From assembly GCA_038087875.1 (NCBI GenBank), contig CM075988.1:27840001-27904000 (forward strand): a stretch of DNA of 64,000 nt, in the 5' to 3' direction. Positions 11,015-24,034 of the stretch are shown here, piece after piece. The position numbers and the translations under genes are program-made. Positions within the stretch are counted from its first letter, which is position 1, and each line of letters begins with the position of its first letter. The notes under the pieces were generated by a model, which saw nothing but the letters and a program-made list of their open reading frames with translations, did not search any database and was not told where the DNA came from. Origin of the DNA: Malacoraja senta (taxonomy: Eukaryota).

Positions 11015-13995
11015 AGTGATACAGCGTGGAAACAGGCCCTTCGGTCCAACTTGCCCACACCAACCAACATGTCTCAGCTACACTCGTCCCACCTGCCTGC
11101 ATTTGGTCCACATCTCTCCAAACTTGTCCTATCCATATACCTGTCTAACTGTTTCTTAAACGTTGGGATAATCCCAGCCTCAACTACCTCCTCTGGCAGC
11201 TTGTTCCATGTACCTCACCACCCTTTGTGTGAAAAAGTTACCCCTCAGATTGCCATTAAATCTTCCTCTTCACCATGAACCTATGTTCTCCGGTCCTCGA
11301 TTCCCCTACTCTGGGCAAGAGATTCTGTGCATCTACCCGATATATTCCTCTCGTGATCATACACACCTCCATAAAATCACCCCTCATCCTCCTGCGTTCC
11401 AAGGAATAGAGACCCAGCCAACTCAACCTCTCGCTATAGCTCACACCCTCTAATCCTGGCAATATCCTCGTAAATCTTCTCTGAACCCTTTCAGGTTTGA
11501 CAATATCCTATATCATGATGCCCAGAACTGAACTCAATATTCTAAATGCGGTCTCACCAACGTCTTATACAACTGCAACATGACCTCCCAACTTCTATAC
11601 TCAATACTCAAGGCCAATGTGCCAAAAGCCGTTTTATCTATCAGTGACTTGACCTTCAAGGAACCATGCACCTGCACTCCTAGATCTCTCTGCTCTACAA
11701 CACTCCCCAGAGGCCTACCATTCACTGTGTAGATCCTGCCCTTGTTAAACATCCCAAAATGCAACACCTCACATTTCTATATTAAATTCCATCAACTATT
11801 CCTCTGCCCACCAGGCCAATCGATCAAGATCCTGCTGCATTCTTTCACAACCATCTTCACTATCTGCAAAACCACCCACTTTTGTATCATCAGCAAACTT
11901 GCTAATCTTGCCCTGTATGTTCTCATCCAAATCATTGATGTAGATGACAAACAGTAACGGGCCCAGCACCGAACGCTGAGGCACACCACTGGTCACAGGC
12001 CTCTAGTCCGAGAAGCAACCTTCCACCATCACCCCCTGCTCCCTTCCATGAAGCCAATTTGCTATCCATTCAGCTATCTCTCCTTGGATCCCCTGCAATT
12101 TAACCTTCCAGAGCAGCCTACAATGTGGAATCTTGTTGAATGCCTTACTAAAATCTATATATACAACATCAACATCTCTGCCCTCATCGACCCTTTTGGT
12201 CACGTCTTCAAACAACTCAATCAGATTTGTGAGACACGACTTCCCACGTACAAAACCATGCTGACTATCCCTAATCAGCCCGTGCCCATCCAAATGCCTG
12301 TGTAACCTATCCCTCAGAATACTCTCTAGTAACTTTCCAACTACAGATGTTAAGCTCCCGGCATTTTCCCTGCAGCCCTTCTTGAATAGAGGCACAACAT
12401 TTTGTCGGCACCTCTCCGGTGGTGCCACCAATGGCTGCCTCGCCAACAGTCTGTCTATCCTTTCCTTCTTTGTATGTTTTTAGTGTTCTTTAGCTTGTTT
12501 TATGTGGGGGAGGTGGGGGGGGGTTGGGGGAAACTTTTTCCAATCTCTTACCCCGATGGAGATGCAATTTTTTTTCGTATCGTATCTCCGTCCGCACTGC
12601 GGCCTAACATTAAGGAGTTGGCGGCCTTTGCTGTAGACCGATTTTGAGAGCTCCACCGCGGTCGCCTGTGGACTTACCATTGTGGAGCTCACGATCCCTT
12701 TGCCAGGGATCGACCTCGGAGCTCCAACCATGGGTGCTTGCGGAATTAACTTCACGGAGCCCGCGGTCTCTGGTCAGAGACCGAATTCGGGAACTCCAAG
12801 CCACGGGAGTTCCGATTGCCCTGACGCGAGGGCTTCCACCACCGACTGATTCGACTGCCCCAATCGCGGGAGAATACAAAGGAAGAAGATTGGACTTTTT
12901 TACCTTCCATCACAGTGAGGAATGTGGGGAATCTGCTGTGGTGGATGTTTACGTTAACTTTTATGTAGTTGTGTTTCTTGTTGCTTTTTTTTTCGTTTGG
13001 GTGTATGGTAATTCGCATATCACCTTAATTGGTACATGTGACAATAAAAGACCTTTGAAACCTTTGTATTTAAGGACAACGTAAATTTCAACGAGGGCCC
13101 CTGCAATTTCCTCTCTAGTTTCCCACAATGTCCTCGGATATATCTGATCAGGCCCTGGAGATTTGTCTACCTTCATACATGATAATACCTTCAGTGCTTC
13201 TTTGATGATAACACTGACTGCTCTGGGCACTTCCATTGACTGCCCCAAGTTCCTCCGTCCTACTGTCTTTCTCCTCGGTAAAAACAGAGGAGAAATACTC
13301 ATTGAGGACCTTGCCCATCTCCTGTGGCTCCACACAGGTGACTGCTTTAATTCTGGAGAGGTTCCACTCTCTGTCATTACCCTTTTCCCCCTTATGTATT
13401 TATAAAATCTTTTGGGAGTGTCCTTAATGCTACCCGCCAGAGCTATCTCCTGGCCCCTTTTTGCCCTTCTGATTTCCTTTTTCAGTTTACTCCTTAGTTC
13501 CCAAAACTCCTCCAGGGATGCACTTGATCCCAGCTGCCAATACCTGTCCCATGCATCCTTCTTGGTTTTGACCAATGGCTCAATTTACCTTGTCAGTCAA
13601 ACTTCCTTGCGTTTGCCTGCTTTGCCCTTCGCTCTAACAGGGTCATACATATCCTGAGCTTTTGTCAGCACACTTTTAACAACATCCCACTTGGCTGATG
13701 TTCCTTTCCCCTCAAATTACCTGCTCCAGTCAACTTGAGCGAGACCTTCTCTCAGACCCTCAAAGTTGGCCCTATTCCAGTTGAGCATTTTAACACATTG
13801 GGCCTCTCTGTCCCAATCCATAATTATCTTAAACCTAATTGAACTGTGGTCACTGGTCCCAAAAGGCTCCTCCACAAACACTTAATTAACTTGCCCTTTC
13901 CAATACTACTAGTAGGGCAGTGTTGCCCTCTCACATGTGGGGGGCCTTTACATACTGCTTGAGAAAACTCTCATGAACACATTTGAGGAATTGCT
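11015..13995 (-). mobile_element. CR1-like LINE, about 2.3 kb of degenerate ORF2 (RT), interrupted at about 12415-13070
   Basis: Minus ORFs with SQHGFVRGKSCLTNL, VYIDFSKAF, SGVPQRSVLGPLLFVIYINDL, KFADDTK, LYKTLVRPHLEY, KSPGPDQIYPR. Confidence 0.95.
12415..13070 (+). mobile_element. GC-rich non-autonomous retroelement with Rex-type 3' tail
   Basis: Interrupts CR1; ends ggtacatgtgacaataaa plus (acctttgaa)n; full-length homologue at 35818-36596 (-). Confidence 0.7.
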
Positions 13996-14724
13996 AAACC
14001 ATGTGGCAGCAGTCACAGCTGAAATACAAATCAAATACTAGCCAGGCTACCTGATCAGAGCTTGTTGGAATAACTGCATTTGTTTGATTTGTGTCGAGTG
14101 TGTATTTTGTGTGCTTTGGCATGACACTGTTAAGCTTCTCAGATTCAGTCATTTATCCAGGTATGGGTCATTTTGTTTTGTACAATTTGGTGTTTGAGAT
14201 TGTTATAGATGGTTGAGACTGCTATTTTCAGTTTGCGTTTTAACTTTATCGCTGGACAAATTTTATTTTCCAATTTATCACATTTGGGTAACTTGTTTAT
14301 GGACAATGCTGACATCTGGTGGAAGTTCTCATAGTGATTATTTTGTGCAATGATTGACATGCATTTACAGAGAATACAATGAATGGTGACGATCAATTCA
14401 CAGGATAAATAGTTACTTTTAATTCAGAACTCTGTTTGCATTTAATCTGGTTATCATTATGCACCCAATTAGCTGCATTAAGTTGGGTCGTGATTCAGCT
14501 TGTGCAGTTCTAGTCGATGTTATCAGACATTTTAAGACGCATATCTTGGTAGGTTCAGATATTCTGGGTCTTCATTTTTTTGGGGTCTCTTTTGTAATCA
14601 CGACAGTGAAACAAAATGTACATCACAGCCGAGATGTATTCAGTCCTTGTGACCCCATGCCTCTGTTCATTGGATATTTTCAAACAGGTTAAATTTGAGT
14701 CAAGAGAATTATTTTTAATTTTTA

Positions 14725-15392
14725 TGTTCATCAGTGATAGGAGAAGAATTGGGCCATTTGGCCCATCAAGTCTACTCTGCCATTCAATCATGGCTGATCT
14801 ATCTTTCCCTCTTAAGCCCATTCTCCTGTCATCTCCCCATAACCCCTGACACCCATACTAATTAAGAATCTACCTATCCCTGTCTTAAAAATATCCATTG
14901 ACGGCCTTCACAGCCTTCTGTGGCAATGAATTCCACAGATTCACCACCCTCTGACTAAAGAATTTCTTCCTCATCTTCCTCATCTTCCTAAAGGTCCTTA
15001 AATTTTGAGGCTATGACCTCTGGTCCTAGACTCTCCCACTTATGTAAACATTCTCTCCTTCATCCACTCTATCCAGGCCTTTCACTATTGGGTAAGGTTC
15101 AATGAGGTCCCCCATCATCTTTCTAAACTACAGCGAATAGAAGCCCAGTGCCCTCAAACACTAATCATATGTTAAGCCATGCCAAGCCATGATTGAATGG
15201 CAGAGTAGACTTGATGGGCCAAATGGCCCAATTCTGCTCCTATCACTGATGAACATAAAAATTAAAAATAATTCTCTTGACAAATTTAACCTGTTTGAAA
15301 ATATCCAATGAACATTACTGAGATCATTCTCATAAGCCTCCTCTGGACCCTCTCCAGCAGCAACACATCCTTCCTCAGATATGGGGCCCAAA
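14725..15392 (-). mobile_element. CR1-like LINE 3' fragment carrying an inverted local duplication
   Basis: CR1 3' motifs gccattcaatcatggctgatct, gaattccacagattcaccaccctctgact, tcctcagatatggggccc. Confidence 0.8.
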
Positions 15393-16194
15393 ATTTTGAT
15401 TTCAGAATAAACTTCAACTATTGGAAACCTGAAATAAATCCAGAAAATGGTGAAAATACTCAGTAGGTCAGGCAGAATTTATGGGAGAAGAAATAGTTAA
15501 CATCTCATATCAGACTCTATCCTTTCACAGACGCTGCCTAACCTGCTGTGTGTTTTCAGCATTTTCTGTTTAACTTTCTGTGCATTTACATACTTGTTCT
15601 TAAATATGCTGGTTCAGATCCCATGCTCTGATGGAGTACCATTTAAATGAAAATTTGACTGTTTTCTTCTCCCATGAATACTGTCTGACCTGCCATTTTC
15701 ACTTATGCTTATTATCTATTCTTCAATCTGGCACACACTTGTTTTCCTTCTTAACAGATATTTTCAATCCTTTGTAGTGGATATCCAGTAGATGTATTTT
15801 AGATTTGTGGCCTTGATTTTTTTTAAACATGGAATCTCCAAAAGATGAGCTTGGAGAGAAACTGTTAGTGCCCAGCTTCTCAAAAAGCAGGGACATTTTG
15901 ACAGCAGCTTGCAGATTTTTATGCTTAACTGCACAGCTGCATTTGCTCGAAGCTGATGTCTGGTTTTCTTCTAACAGCAACTGTTGATGTCCTCAATATT
16001 ACTTTTGGATAGACAAAAACATCTGAGACTGTAAAATCACATGAATGCCTGTCCCAATGTAACTGATCTACTAGTTAAACAAATTAATAATCAAATAAAG
16101 AACTGTACTAAAATAAATCATCCGTAGATCTCCAAATTTGACTCGAGTGCTACCAAATACAGAGATTAATTATGGAACATTGACGATGTATATA

Positions 16195-17859
16195 CAGTGC
16201 CCTCCATAATGTTTGGGACAAAGACCCATTATTTATTTATTTGCCTCTGTACTCCCCAATTTGAGATTGGTAATAGAAACAATCACACGTGGTTAAAGTG
16301 CACATTGTCAGATTTTAATAAAGGCCATTTTTATACATTTTGGTTTCACCATGTAGAAATTACAGCTGTGTTTATGCATAGTCGTCGTCCCCCCCCCCCC
16401 CCCCCCCCCAATTTCAGGCACCATAATGTTTGGGACACATGGTTTCACGGGTGTTTATTATTGCTCAAGTGTGTTTAATTGCCTTAAAATGCAGGTATAA
16501 GAGAGCTCTCAGCACCTAGTCTTTCCTCTAGTCTTTCCATCACCTTTGGAAACTTTTATTGCTGTTTATCAACATGAGGACCAAGGTTGTGCCAATGAAA
16601 GTCAAAGAAGCCATTATGAGACTGAGAAACAAGAATAAAACTGTTAGAGACATCAGCCAAACCTTAGGCTTACCAAAATCAACTGTTTGGAACATCATTA
16701 AGAAAGAGAGCAATGGTGAGCTTACTAATCGCAAAGGACTGGCAGGCCAAGGAAGACCTCCGCAGCTGATGACAAAAGAATTCTCTCTATAATAAAGAAA
16801 AATCCTAAAACACCTGACAGATCAGAAACACTCTTCAGGAGTCAGGTGTGGATTTTTCAATGACCACTGTCCGCAGAAGACTTCATGAACAGAAATACAG
16901 AGGCTACACTGCATGATGCAAACCACTGTTTAACCGCAAAGATAGGATGGTCAGGTTACAGTTTGTCAAGAAGTACTTAAAAGTGCAACCACAGTTCTGG
17001 CAAAGGTCTTGTGGATAAATGAGACAATGATTAACTTATATTAGAGTGATGGCAAGAGCAAAGTATGGAGGAGAGAAGGAACTGCCCAAGATCCAAAGCA
17101 TACCACGTCATCTATGAAACACGGTGGTGGGGGTGTTATGGCTTGGGCATGTATGGCTGCTGAAGGTACTGGCTCACTTATCTTCATTGATGATACAACT
17201 GCTGATGGTAGTAGCATAATGAATTCTGAAGTGTATAGACACATCCTATCTACTCAAGTTCAAACAAATGCCTCAAAACTCATTGGCCGGCTGTTCATTC
17301 GACAGCAAGACAATGATCCCAAAACATACTGCTAAAGCAACAAAGGAGTTTTTCAAAGCTAAGAATTGGTCAATTCTTGAATGGGCAAGTCAATCACCCG
17401 ATCTGAACCCAATTGAGCATGCCTTTTATATGCCGAAGAGAAAACTGAAGGGGACTAGCCCCCAAAACAAGCATAAGCCAAAGATGGCTGCAATACAGGC
17501 CTGGCAGAGCATCACCAGAGAAGACACCCAGCAACTGGTGATGTCCATGAATCGCAGACTTCAAGCAGTCATTGCATGGAAAGGAAATGCAACAAAATAC
17601 TAAACATGACTACTTTCATTTACATTACATTGCTGTGTCCCAAACATTATGGTGCCCTGAAATGGTGGGACTATGTATAAACACTGCTGTGCTTTCTACA
17701 TGGTGAAACCAAAATGTATAAAAATGGCCTTTATTAAAATCTGACAATGTGCACTTTAACCACATGTGGGGTTTTTTCTATTACAAATCTCAAATTGTGG
17801 AGTACAGAAGCAAATAAATAAATGATAGGTCTTTGTCCCAGACATTATAGAGGGCACTG
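16195..17859 (+). mobile_element. Full-length Tc1 (IR/DR type) family A; transposase pseudogene about 16574-17603
   Basis: TA|CAGTGCCCTCC...AGGGCACTG; long TIRs with inner and outer cataatgtttgggaca direct repeats; MRTKVVPMKVKEAIMRL.., [33 protein letters not shown]; frameshifted. Confidence 0.95.
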
Positions 17860-18123
17860 TGAATAGCTTGTGCTGTGCCAAGCTTTTTGTTATTGCAATA
17901 AAGTGTTTTTATTCTATCAACCATTTAATTCTTAAAGATAAGCATGGAAAATTGCTGTTTATTCAGTTAGAGAGTGATAGGTTGAAGATGATGAGGGAGA
18001 TGGGCAGTAATTCCTGATGCCAAATATTCAGAGTAAAAGCAAGTTTGATTTTTTTTTAAAGAATACTAAAAAGGTCTTGCTGCTCTTGTTATTTGTGATT
18101 AATGATTTTTTTTTCATCTTTAG

Positions 18124-18201
18124 TAGTCAACAGAGCAGTCTACAAAGCAGCCATGATGATGACTCTTCTCGGTACCTGACTCCATATATTCGAGAGGAAA
18201 G
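18124..18201 (+). CDS. GRAMD1B: Internal coding exon of a GRAM-domain/Aster sterol transporter gene (GRAMD1B-like, long N-terminal isoform)
   Basis: Polypyrimidine tract and ttTAG acceptor at 18121-18123, AG|GTAAGC donor at 18202, 78 bp, phase 2/2, no stop. The peptide (S)SQQSSLQSSHDDDSSRYLTPYIREE resembles the recalled vertebrate GRAMD1B long-isoform segment SSQQSSQQSSHDDDSSRFLSPRAREES. Paralog assignment needs BLAST. Confidence 0.8.
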
Positions 18202-18981
18202 GTAAGCATTGGCTCACATGTTGCTTAAGTTTAATTATTGTGAAATCTATTTACTTATTAGCATGTTGTTGATATCTGGCTGTTGTGTAATGCAGATAAA
18301 TAATTTATTTGGAAATCGGACCAAATTGTAATGATGCATGTTACCATATAAGGGCTGTGTTTGAATAGTGTGCGTCCTGGCCTATATTATAAAATGTCTT
18401 AGTGACCGAGGACTTGAATTTGTTAAATAGCATTAGTCTATTGAGATGGTACATTCTGAAAAAAATGAATACATTTTTTTGGAATTGAGACAAAGCTGAA
18501 ATAGGTAAATTGGTTATAAGTTGCTTCTAATGGCAGAATTTACGATCACGAGAATAATTTCATGATCTTTCAAGGAAATAAACTATTCACAACTCGTCAA
18601 TAAATGAGTAAGTGGAATAAAAAGGAGACCACAAAGGAAAGGGAAGGATTAGTCATGGCAAGTAAATATACTTTTCCTTCAGGATGAAAATCTGTAATAG
18701 TTTTGATTTGACAGAGGTTGAGACGATTTGTTCCCGAGTGATTGATGAGTGTAATTTTACAGTCTGGTCTATAACTTGTGACACTCCAGAATTCCATTGA
18801 AGTTTAAAAACTTCCAACACCAACAAGAACACAAAGAGCTTTGGATCTTGGATTCTGGATACAGCAGACGAGCAAATGACTTGTGTGGGCAGATAATGCT
18901 CCCAAATCACTGGTCACCTGCTCTTGACCCATGCTGTTCAGTCTAGTCTTTTACTGGGAACCTGCCTTCTAGAAAGTTACC

Positions 18982-19106
18982 AAGAAGGAACTGCAGATGC
19001 TGGAAAATCAAAGGTACACAAAAATGCTGGAGAAACTCAGCGGGTGCAGCAGCATCTATGGAGCGGAGGAAATAGGCAACGTTTCGGGCCGAAACCCTTC
19101 TTCAGG
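18982..19106 (-). mobile_element. Penelope pseudo-LTR fragment
   Basis: Near-identical to the pLTR attached to the GIY-YIG end at 28261-28390. Confidence 0.8.
19078..19105 (-). ncRNA. Minimal type-I hammerhead ribozyme motif
   Basis: Reverse complement CUGAAGA-A-GGGU(UUCG)GCCC-GAAA-C-GUU. Confidence 0.6.
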
Positions 19107-20486
19107 AGAGAAATTCATTTATATAAACATTTTGTAAATATTTTCTGAAGACATGTTGTACTCTGTTGGCTTGTTGCTCCTTTGAGAACTAGCTCCTGCT
19201 CCTCCTTAGCCCTCAGTCATCATTCTTCAGGGAGGCTTAGGGAATGAAAGGGTTTTATCTGGGACCAATGGCTGGATGATGGGGCTGCTTGGCTGTGTTT
19301 CATTCAGGTGGGGGAGATGCACAACAACCTCCATGCAGTCTTGGGTTTAAATGTCTCCCATTGCCAATTGTCTCTCACAAGCCAATTTGCTGACTCCCTG
19401 AAAACTCTGTAGGCCGCCCCTCCCCCATGGCCACCATTTTTTTTGCAATCTGACAATTGGTAAGTTGCATTGAATCCTCCTTAAACTCTTCAGTTGAGTT
19501 ACTGCTGTTGTCTGAATTTTTTTTTTTTCTTTTGTACGTCAGCTGTCTGAAACAAAGTGTTGGTACTGTGTTACAGTGAGAAAACCAGTATGTATGGGAA
19601 TGAAAGGATGGTACTGGACAGTGATGTCCTGATCCAAAGCATTGCCATTAGGTCAAATATTGTGGAATCTGCTATATTTATTAGCTTCCAATTAAGGTTG
19701 GGCTTTGCCTATGCCTGTGAACAATTACATCTAAAATTTGAAGTGACTTGGAAACAAAAAAAGCAAATTCTGGAAGGATTTCACTGGGCAGGTTCATTAC
19801 CTAAAATTCAATCCAGTGCCATTATCTCTCTTGTTGAGTTTGCTCCAAAGCAATTCAAAAGCTCTCCTGAACGACCTGAAAAATATGAAGAATTATCTAG
19901 GGTTGGGAAATCAGATTTATTTTCCCAATCTTATTCTCAATACAGCACAATTGACAATAGTTTTGGTATTTGCATACTTTCATACCTTCATAACCTTATT
20001 AGTCAGTATATGTCAGCATATAAAGAAGAATTGTTTGAGGTTTCTGAGAATCTAGTTGGCCTTGGAGATTTTAAAATACAATTAAAGTACACAGAAATTC
20101 ATCCTGTCTTTGCACTGTCTTTAGCACTATTCAGTTATCTTTGAGCAAAAGTCAAACATTACTGCTGACATTTTCTGAGTGACTTTCCTTTCAACAAAGG
20201 ATGGTGGTAGTACTATTTGTTTAGTGCCTTATGGAGACTGTTCTCAGCTTTCAGTCGTTCTATCCTTTCACTGTTCGTTTTAGTAAGCAGAATGACATTT
20301 ACATTGTCAAGCTGAGTGCAAATTTGAAAATATTTGGTAATTTACTGATTTATATGGATGTTTCTGAAATGTGAGGTTAGTTGGAGATTGGGTGGCATTA
20401 TGCAACTTTTTGGTACTGATGACTATCGCGGGGTCTGGATATAGTTATTATGCAACATTTCCGTCCTTTACAAAACTTTTATAATT

Positions 20487-20756
20487 AAGGTAAGGTCAGG
20501 GGAATTCCCCCCCGCCACGGGTACCATGTAATCCCGTGCTAGCTACTCCATGGTCGGATAGTCGGCGACTAAACCATCTCCCCCACCTGGAGGCTGCTGT
20601 GGACCCCCAGCAGGACCAAAAAACAGGTCTAAGGGCGGATGAGCTCCTAGCGAGCCAACAGCCATCCACACTTCAGTAGAAGTTGCGATCACTGTCGTAC
20701 ATAGCATTGTAAGTCACCGTGCCCGTTGATGTTTTCAACGATGATGATGATGATTA
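20487..20756 (+). mobile_element. Short structured retroposon with (GAT)n tail, probably non-autonomous RTE-type
   Basis: GC-rich insert in AT-rich DNA, (gat)n 3' end, flanked by ttataatt on both sides. Confidence 0.55.
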
Positions 20757-21502
20757 TAATTCAAACTAAAGTATTCTTCGCATCCCCTTTCCCCAAGATT
20801 TTTCTTCCTTGCTAAGGAACAAGAACCTGTGTGTCTGGATCCAAATAGCATAGCACAGGAAACCAACAGTGAACAGAGATGTTTGCGTTCCTTTAGTACT
20901 TAAGGTAACTGTCATTTTTACAACAGAAAAGGACAAAAGCTGACGTAATTTACATTTGAATGGTTGTGTACAGATAGGAATATGTAAATAAGCAAGTAAT
21001 AATACTGAGCAAGGGAATAAGATAAAACATAGTCATTGTCTCTCCATCTAGATTGAAGTCTTGTGCCCCATTGGGTAATAGATGGGATGGGGAAAGTAGA
21101 AATATTTTCGTGAGTACCTTATTGCATTACTTTTGATGTAAGCCTTTTAGGATCTCTACTGTTATCTTAAATGTTACTAGAGCACTGGTCAGAATTTGAT
21201 ATTTTTGTACATTCCACAGGTAATTCCCTATAGTTGGTTTTGGTGAATGTAACCTATGAGGGAATTGCAGCACCAATTTAAATAGGTCTTGTTTGTGATT
21301 AATTAGCATTACATCTTTTTCCTTTAAAGCCCCATGATCATTAACAGACGTGTGGTTGGATTGTTGCCGATTTCAAATGCTTTGCGATCATCTTTAGACT
21401 TAACTATGTAAAATTCAAATTGACAAATCTGGTAAAAGTGGGATAAATGCCTTTGTGGCTCTAACCTAGGCATTTCAGAAACATAACCATAGTATAACTG
21501 TA

Positions 21503-21640
21503 GGTAGACACAAAATGCTGGAATAACTCAGCTGGACAGGCAGCATCTCTGGAGAGAAGGAATGGGTGACGTTTCGGGTCGTGACCCTTCTTCAGACTGA
21601 AGTCTTCGATTTAAACCAGCATCTGCAGTTCTTTCCTACA
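21503..21640. mobile_element. Penelope pLTR-derived palindromic element (partly deleted)
   Basis: pLTR arm, centre cttcagactgaag, then the end of the opposite arm (aaaccagcatctgcagttc). Confidence 0.75.
21568..21595 (-). ncRNA. Minimal hammerhead ribozyme motif
   Basis: Reverse complement CUGAAGA-A-GGGU(CACG)ACCC-GAAA-C-GUC. Confidence 0.6.
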
Positions 21641-22219
21641 CATAGTATAACTGTTCTTTAGCAGAATGTGGAGTTTCTGTTGTTGATGTGATGGAAATGT
21701 TATGTTTGTATTGAAATTTGCAGATATATGCCAACTGAATTTAAGGGATACTATTGTCAGTAAAAAAAAAGGAAAATCTATTTTGTTCTGCAATCGAATG
21801 CTCTCGTAACCTTAATTGTACTGGAAAGGAATCAATATAATACCAACCCTAACTCTAATGCATAATAATTAATAGCATTTCAAGGTATTAGTTTTTGGAG
21901 ACTGTTAACAACGTGGAGATTGTTCCACTTGTTTGCGCGAAAAGCAACAAACAATGCAGATCCTGGAAATCTGATTGATCTAAAACGTCTCTTGATCTCT
22001 ACTTGTCTATCCATACATGTTGGCTGACTTGCTGAATATTTCCAGAATTTACCATTTTCAGTTTATGCGCATTTTCTATACTGTAATCTTTAAGCTCTTT
22101 GATTTCAACCCTTAGCATTTACTTAGTTTAGCTTATTCTCTCTGTACGTTTATGAAAATGATGAGCTTTCAAAAAAAAGTTGTCAATTTGTGTTTTTTAT
22201 AATGAAGACTGTTCTTTGT

Positions 22220-23400
22220 TTAGATTTAGGTTTATTATTGTCCTATGTACTAAGGTACAGTGAAAAGCTTTGTTTAGCCTGCTATCCAAACATCAGATGT
22301 CCCATCCATAAATAATATCGTCAAATCCAAGTACAGTAGATAGAGCAAAGAGGAAGATACAAAGTACAGTAGATAGAGCAAAGGGGAAGATACAAAGTGC
22401 AGAATATAGTTCACATTGTGCCCATCAGTTGCATTGACAAAGTCCAATGTCTACAATGAGGTAGAGCTGAATTGGACAGTATACCAGCTCATGGTAGGAT
22501 AATCCAAAAGCCTGATAAAAGCAGCTGTTTCTGAGTCTGAAGGTGCACATTTTCAAGCAGCTGCACATTCTACCGGAAGAGAGTAGGGATAAGAATGAAT
22601 GACCAGATTGGGTCAAGTCTTTGATTATGTTTGTTGCTTTTCTGAGGCAGCATGAAGTATAGACGGAGTCAATGGTTTGGAATCTAGTATGTCTGATGGA
22701 CTGGGCTACACCCACAACTCTGCAATTTTTTGCAGTCATAGAGTCAAAGATTGATACAGCGTGGAAACAGGCCCTTCGGCCCAACTTGCCCACACAGGCC
22801 AACATGTCCCAGCTACACTAGTCCTACTGACCTGCATTTGGTCCATATCCCTCCAAACCTGTCCAATCCATGTACCTGTCTAACTGTTTCTTAAACGTTG
22901 GGATAGTCCAAGCCACAACTACCTCCTCTGGCAGCTTGTTCCGTACACCCTTTGTGTGAAAAAGTTACCCCTCAGATTCCTATTAAATCTTGTTCCCTTC
23001 ACCTTAAACCTATGTTCTCTGGTCCTCGATTCCCCTACTCTGGGCAAGAGATTCTGAGCATCTACCCAATCTATTCCTCCCATGATTTTATACACAGTGT
23101 TGGGCAGGGCTGTTTCCAAACCAAGTTGTGATGCAACTCGACCTTATGCTTGCATTGGTTTTTCAGAGTCGCTGGAGACGTGCCAAATTTCCTCGGTCTC
23201 CTCAGGAAGTAGAAGCGTTGGTGTGTCTTATTGGTGATGCATCCTTGTGGTTGGTCTACAACAGATCATTTGTAATATTACTGCCAAGGAACTTGAAGCT
23301 CTCAACTATTTCCACTTCTGCACCATTGATGCTGATTGGGGCATGTACTACACTATCTTTCGTGAAGTCAATAATTAACTCCTTTGTCTTGCTGACATTG
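22220..23400 (-). mobile_element. Rex1/Babar-like LINE fragment with nested CR1 3' end (about 22735-23092)
   Basis: Minus ORF LNVSKTKELIIDF..INGAEVEIVESFKFLG; 3' part homologous to 1245-1950. Confidence 0.85.
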
Positions 23401-24034
23401 AGCCAATTTCTATAACCTACAGCACATTCTGTGACAAAATATGTGGAAAATAGATGGTAATTGTAATGCATTATAAGCCCAGCCAAGGGTAAACCACATA
23501 AGCTAGCACTTAGGTTAAGAAAAATATATTGCTTGTGCATGCCATCTGGAATCATGGTGTCATAAAATCAAATCTGAGATTAATTGAAATTTTGAATAAA
23601 TCCCCTTGCACTAGAAAAAGTATTTATGGCTGTAATTTATGTTAAGAGTATATTATGCTGAGAATGTCATCTATGTTTCAAATGAATGTTATTGATATGA
23701 TTTAAATGACCCAATTGCATGTGAATATTTGCATGTGTTCCTTGTAGAAAGATTGACTAAACTTCAAATGGTCTTTAAGTTGGCCATGAGCAAAGATACT
23801 TCAATATCTTGTAGATGCATGTGTTATAAAGTACTTCATAAGAAGAAAGATCGAAAAGAGACCAAAGTTTTTAATGCTTTTGTTATACCACAGTCGATAT
23901 ATGGTGAGAAAGAGAGTAAAGGGCCTGTCCCACTTGGGCCGTCACTTACGCGACAGGCCGGTAATGACGGTCGCACGACGGTCCCGGGCGTCATCATGCG
24001 CCCGCACAGCCGTCTGGAGCACGTGACATAATTT

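Noticed and set aside
19244..19280. ATG AAA GGG TTT (MKGF), resembling the human GRAMD1B short-isoform start
   Set aside because: No splice donor at the expected position and diverges after four codons
19557..20144. Longest non-TE ORF (195 aa)
   Set aside because: Starts at GTG, has no recognisable domain or exon boundaries, and lies in AT-rich intron; likely chance
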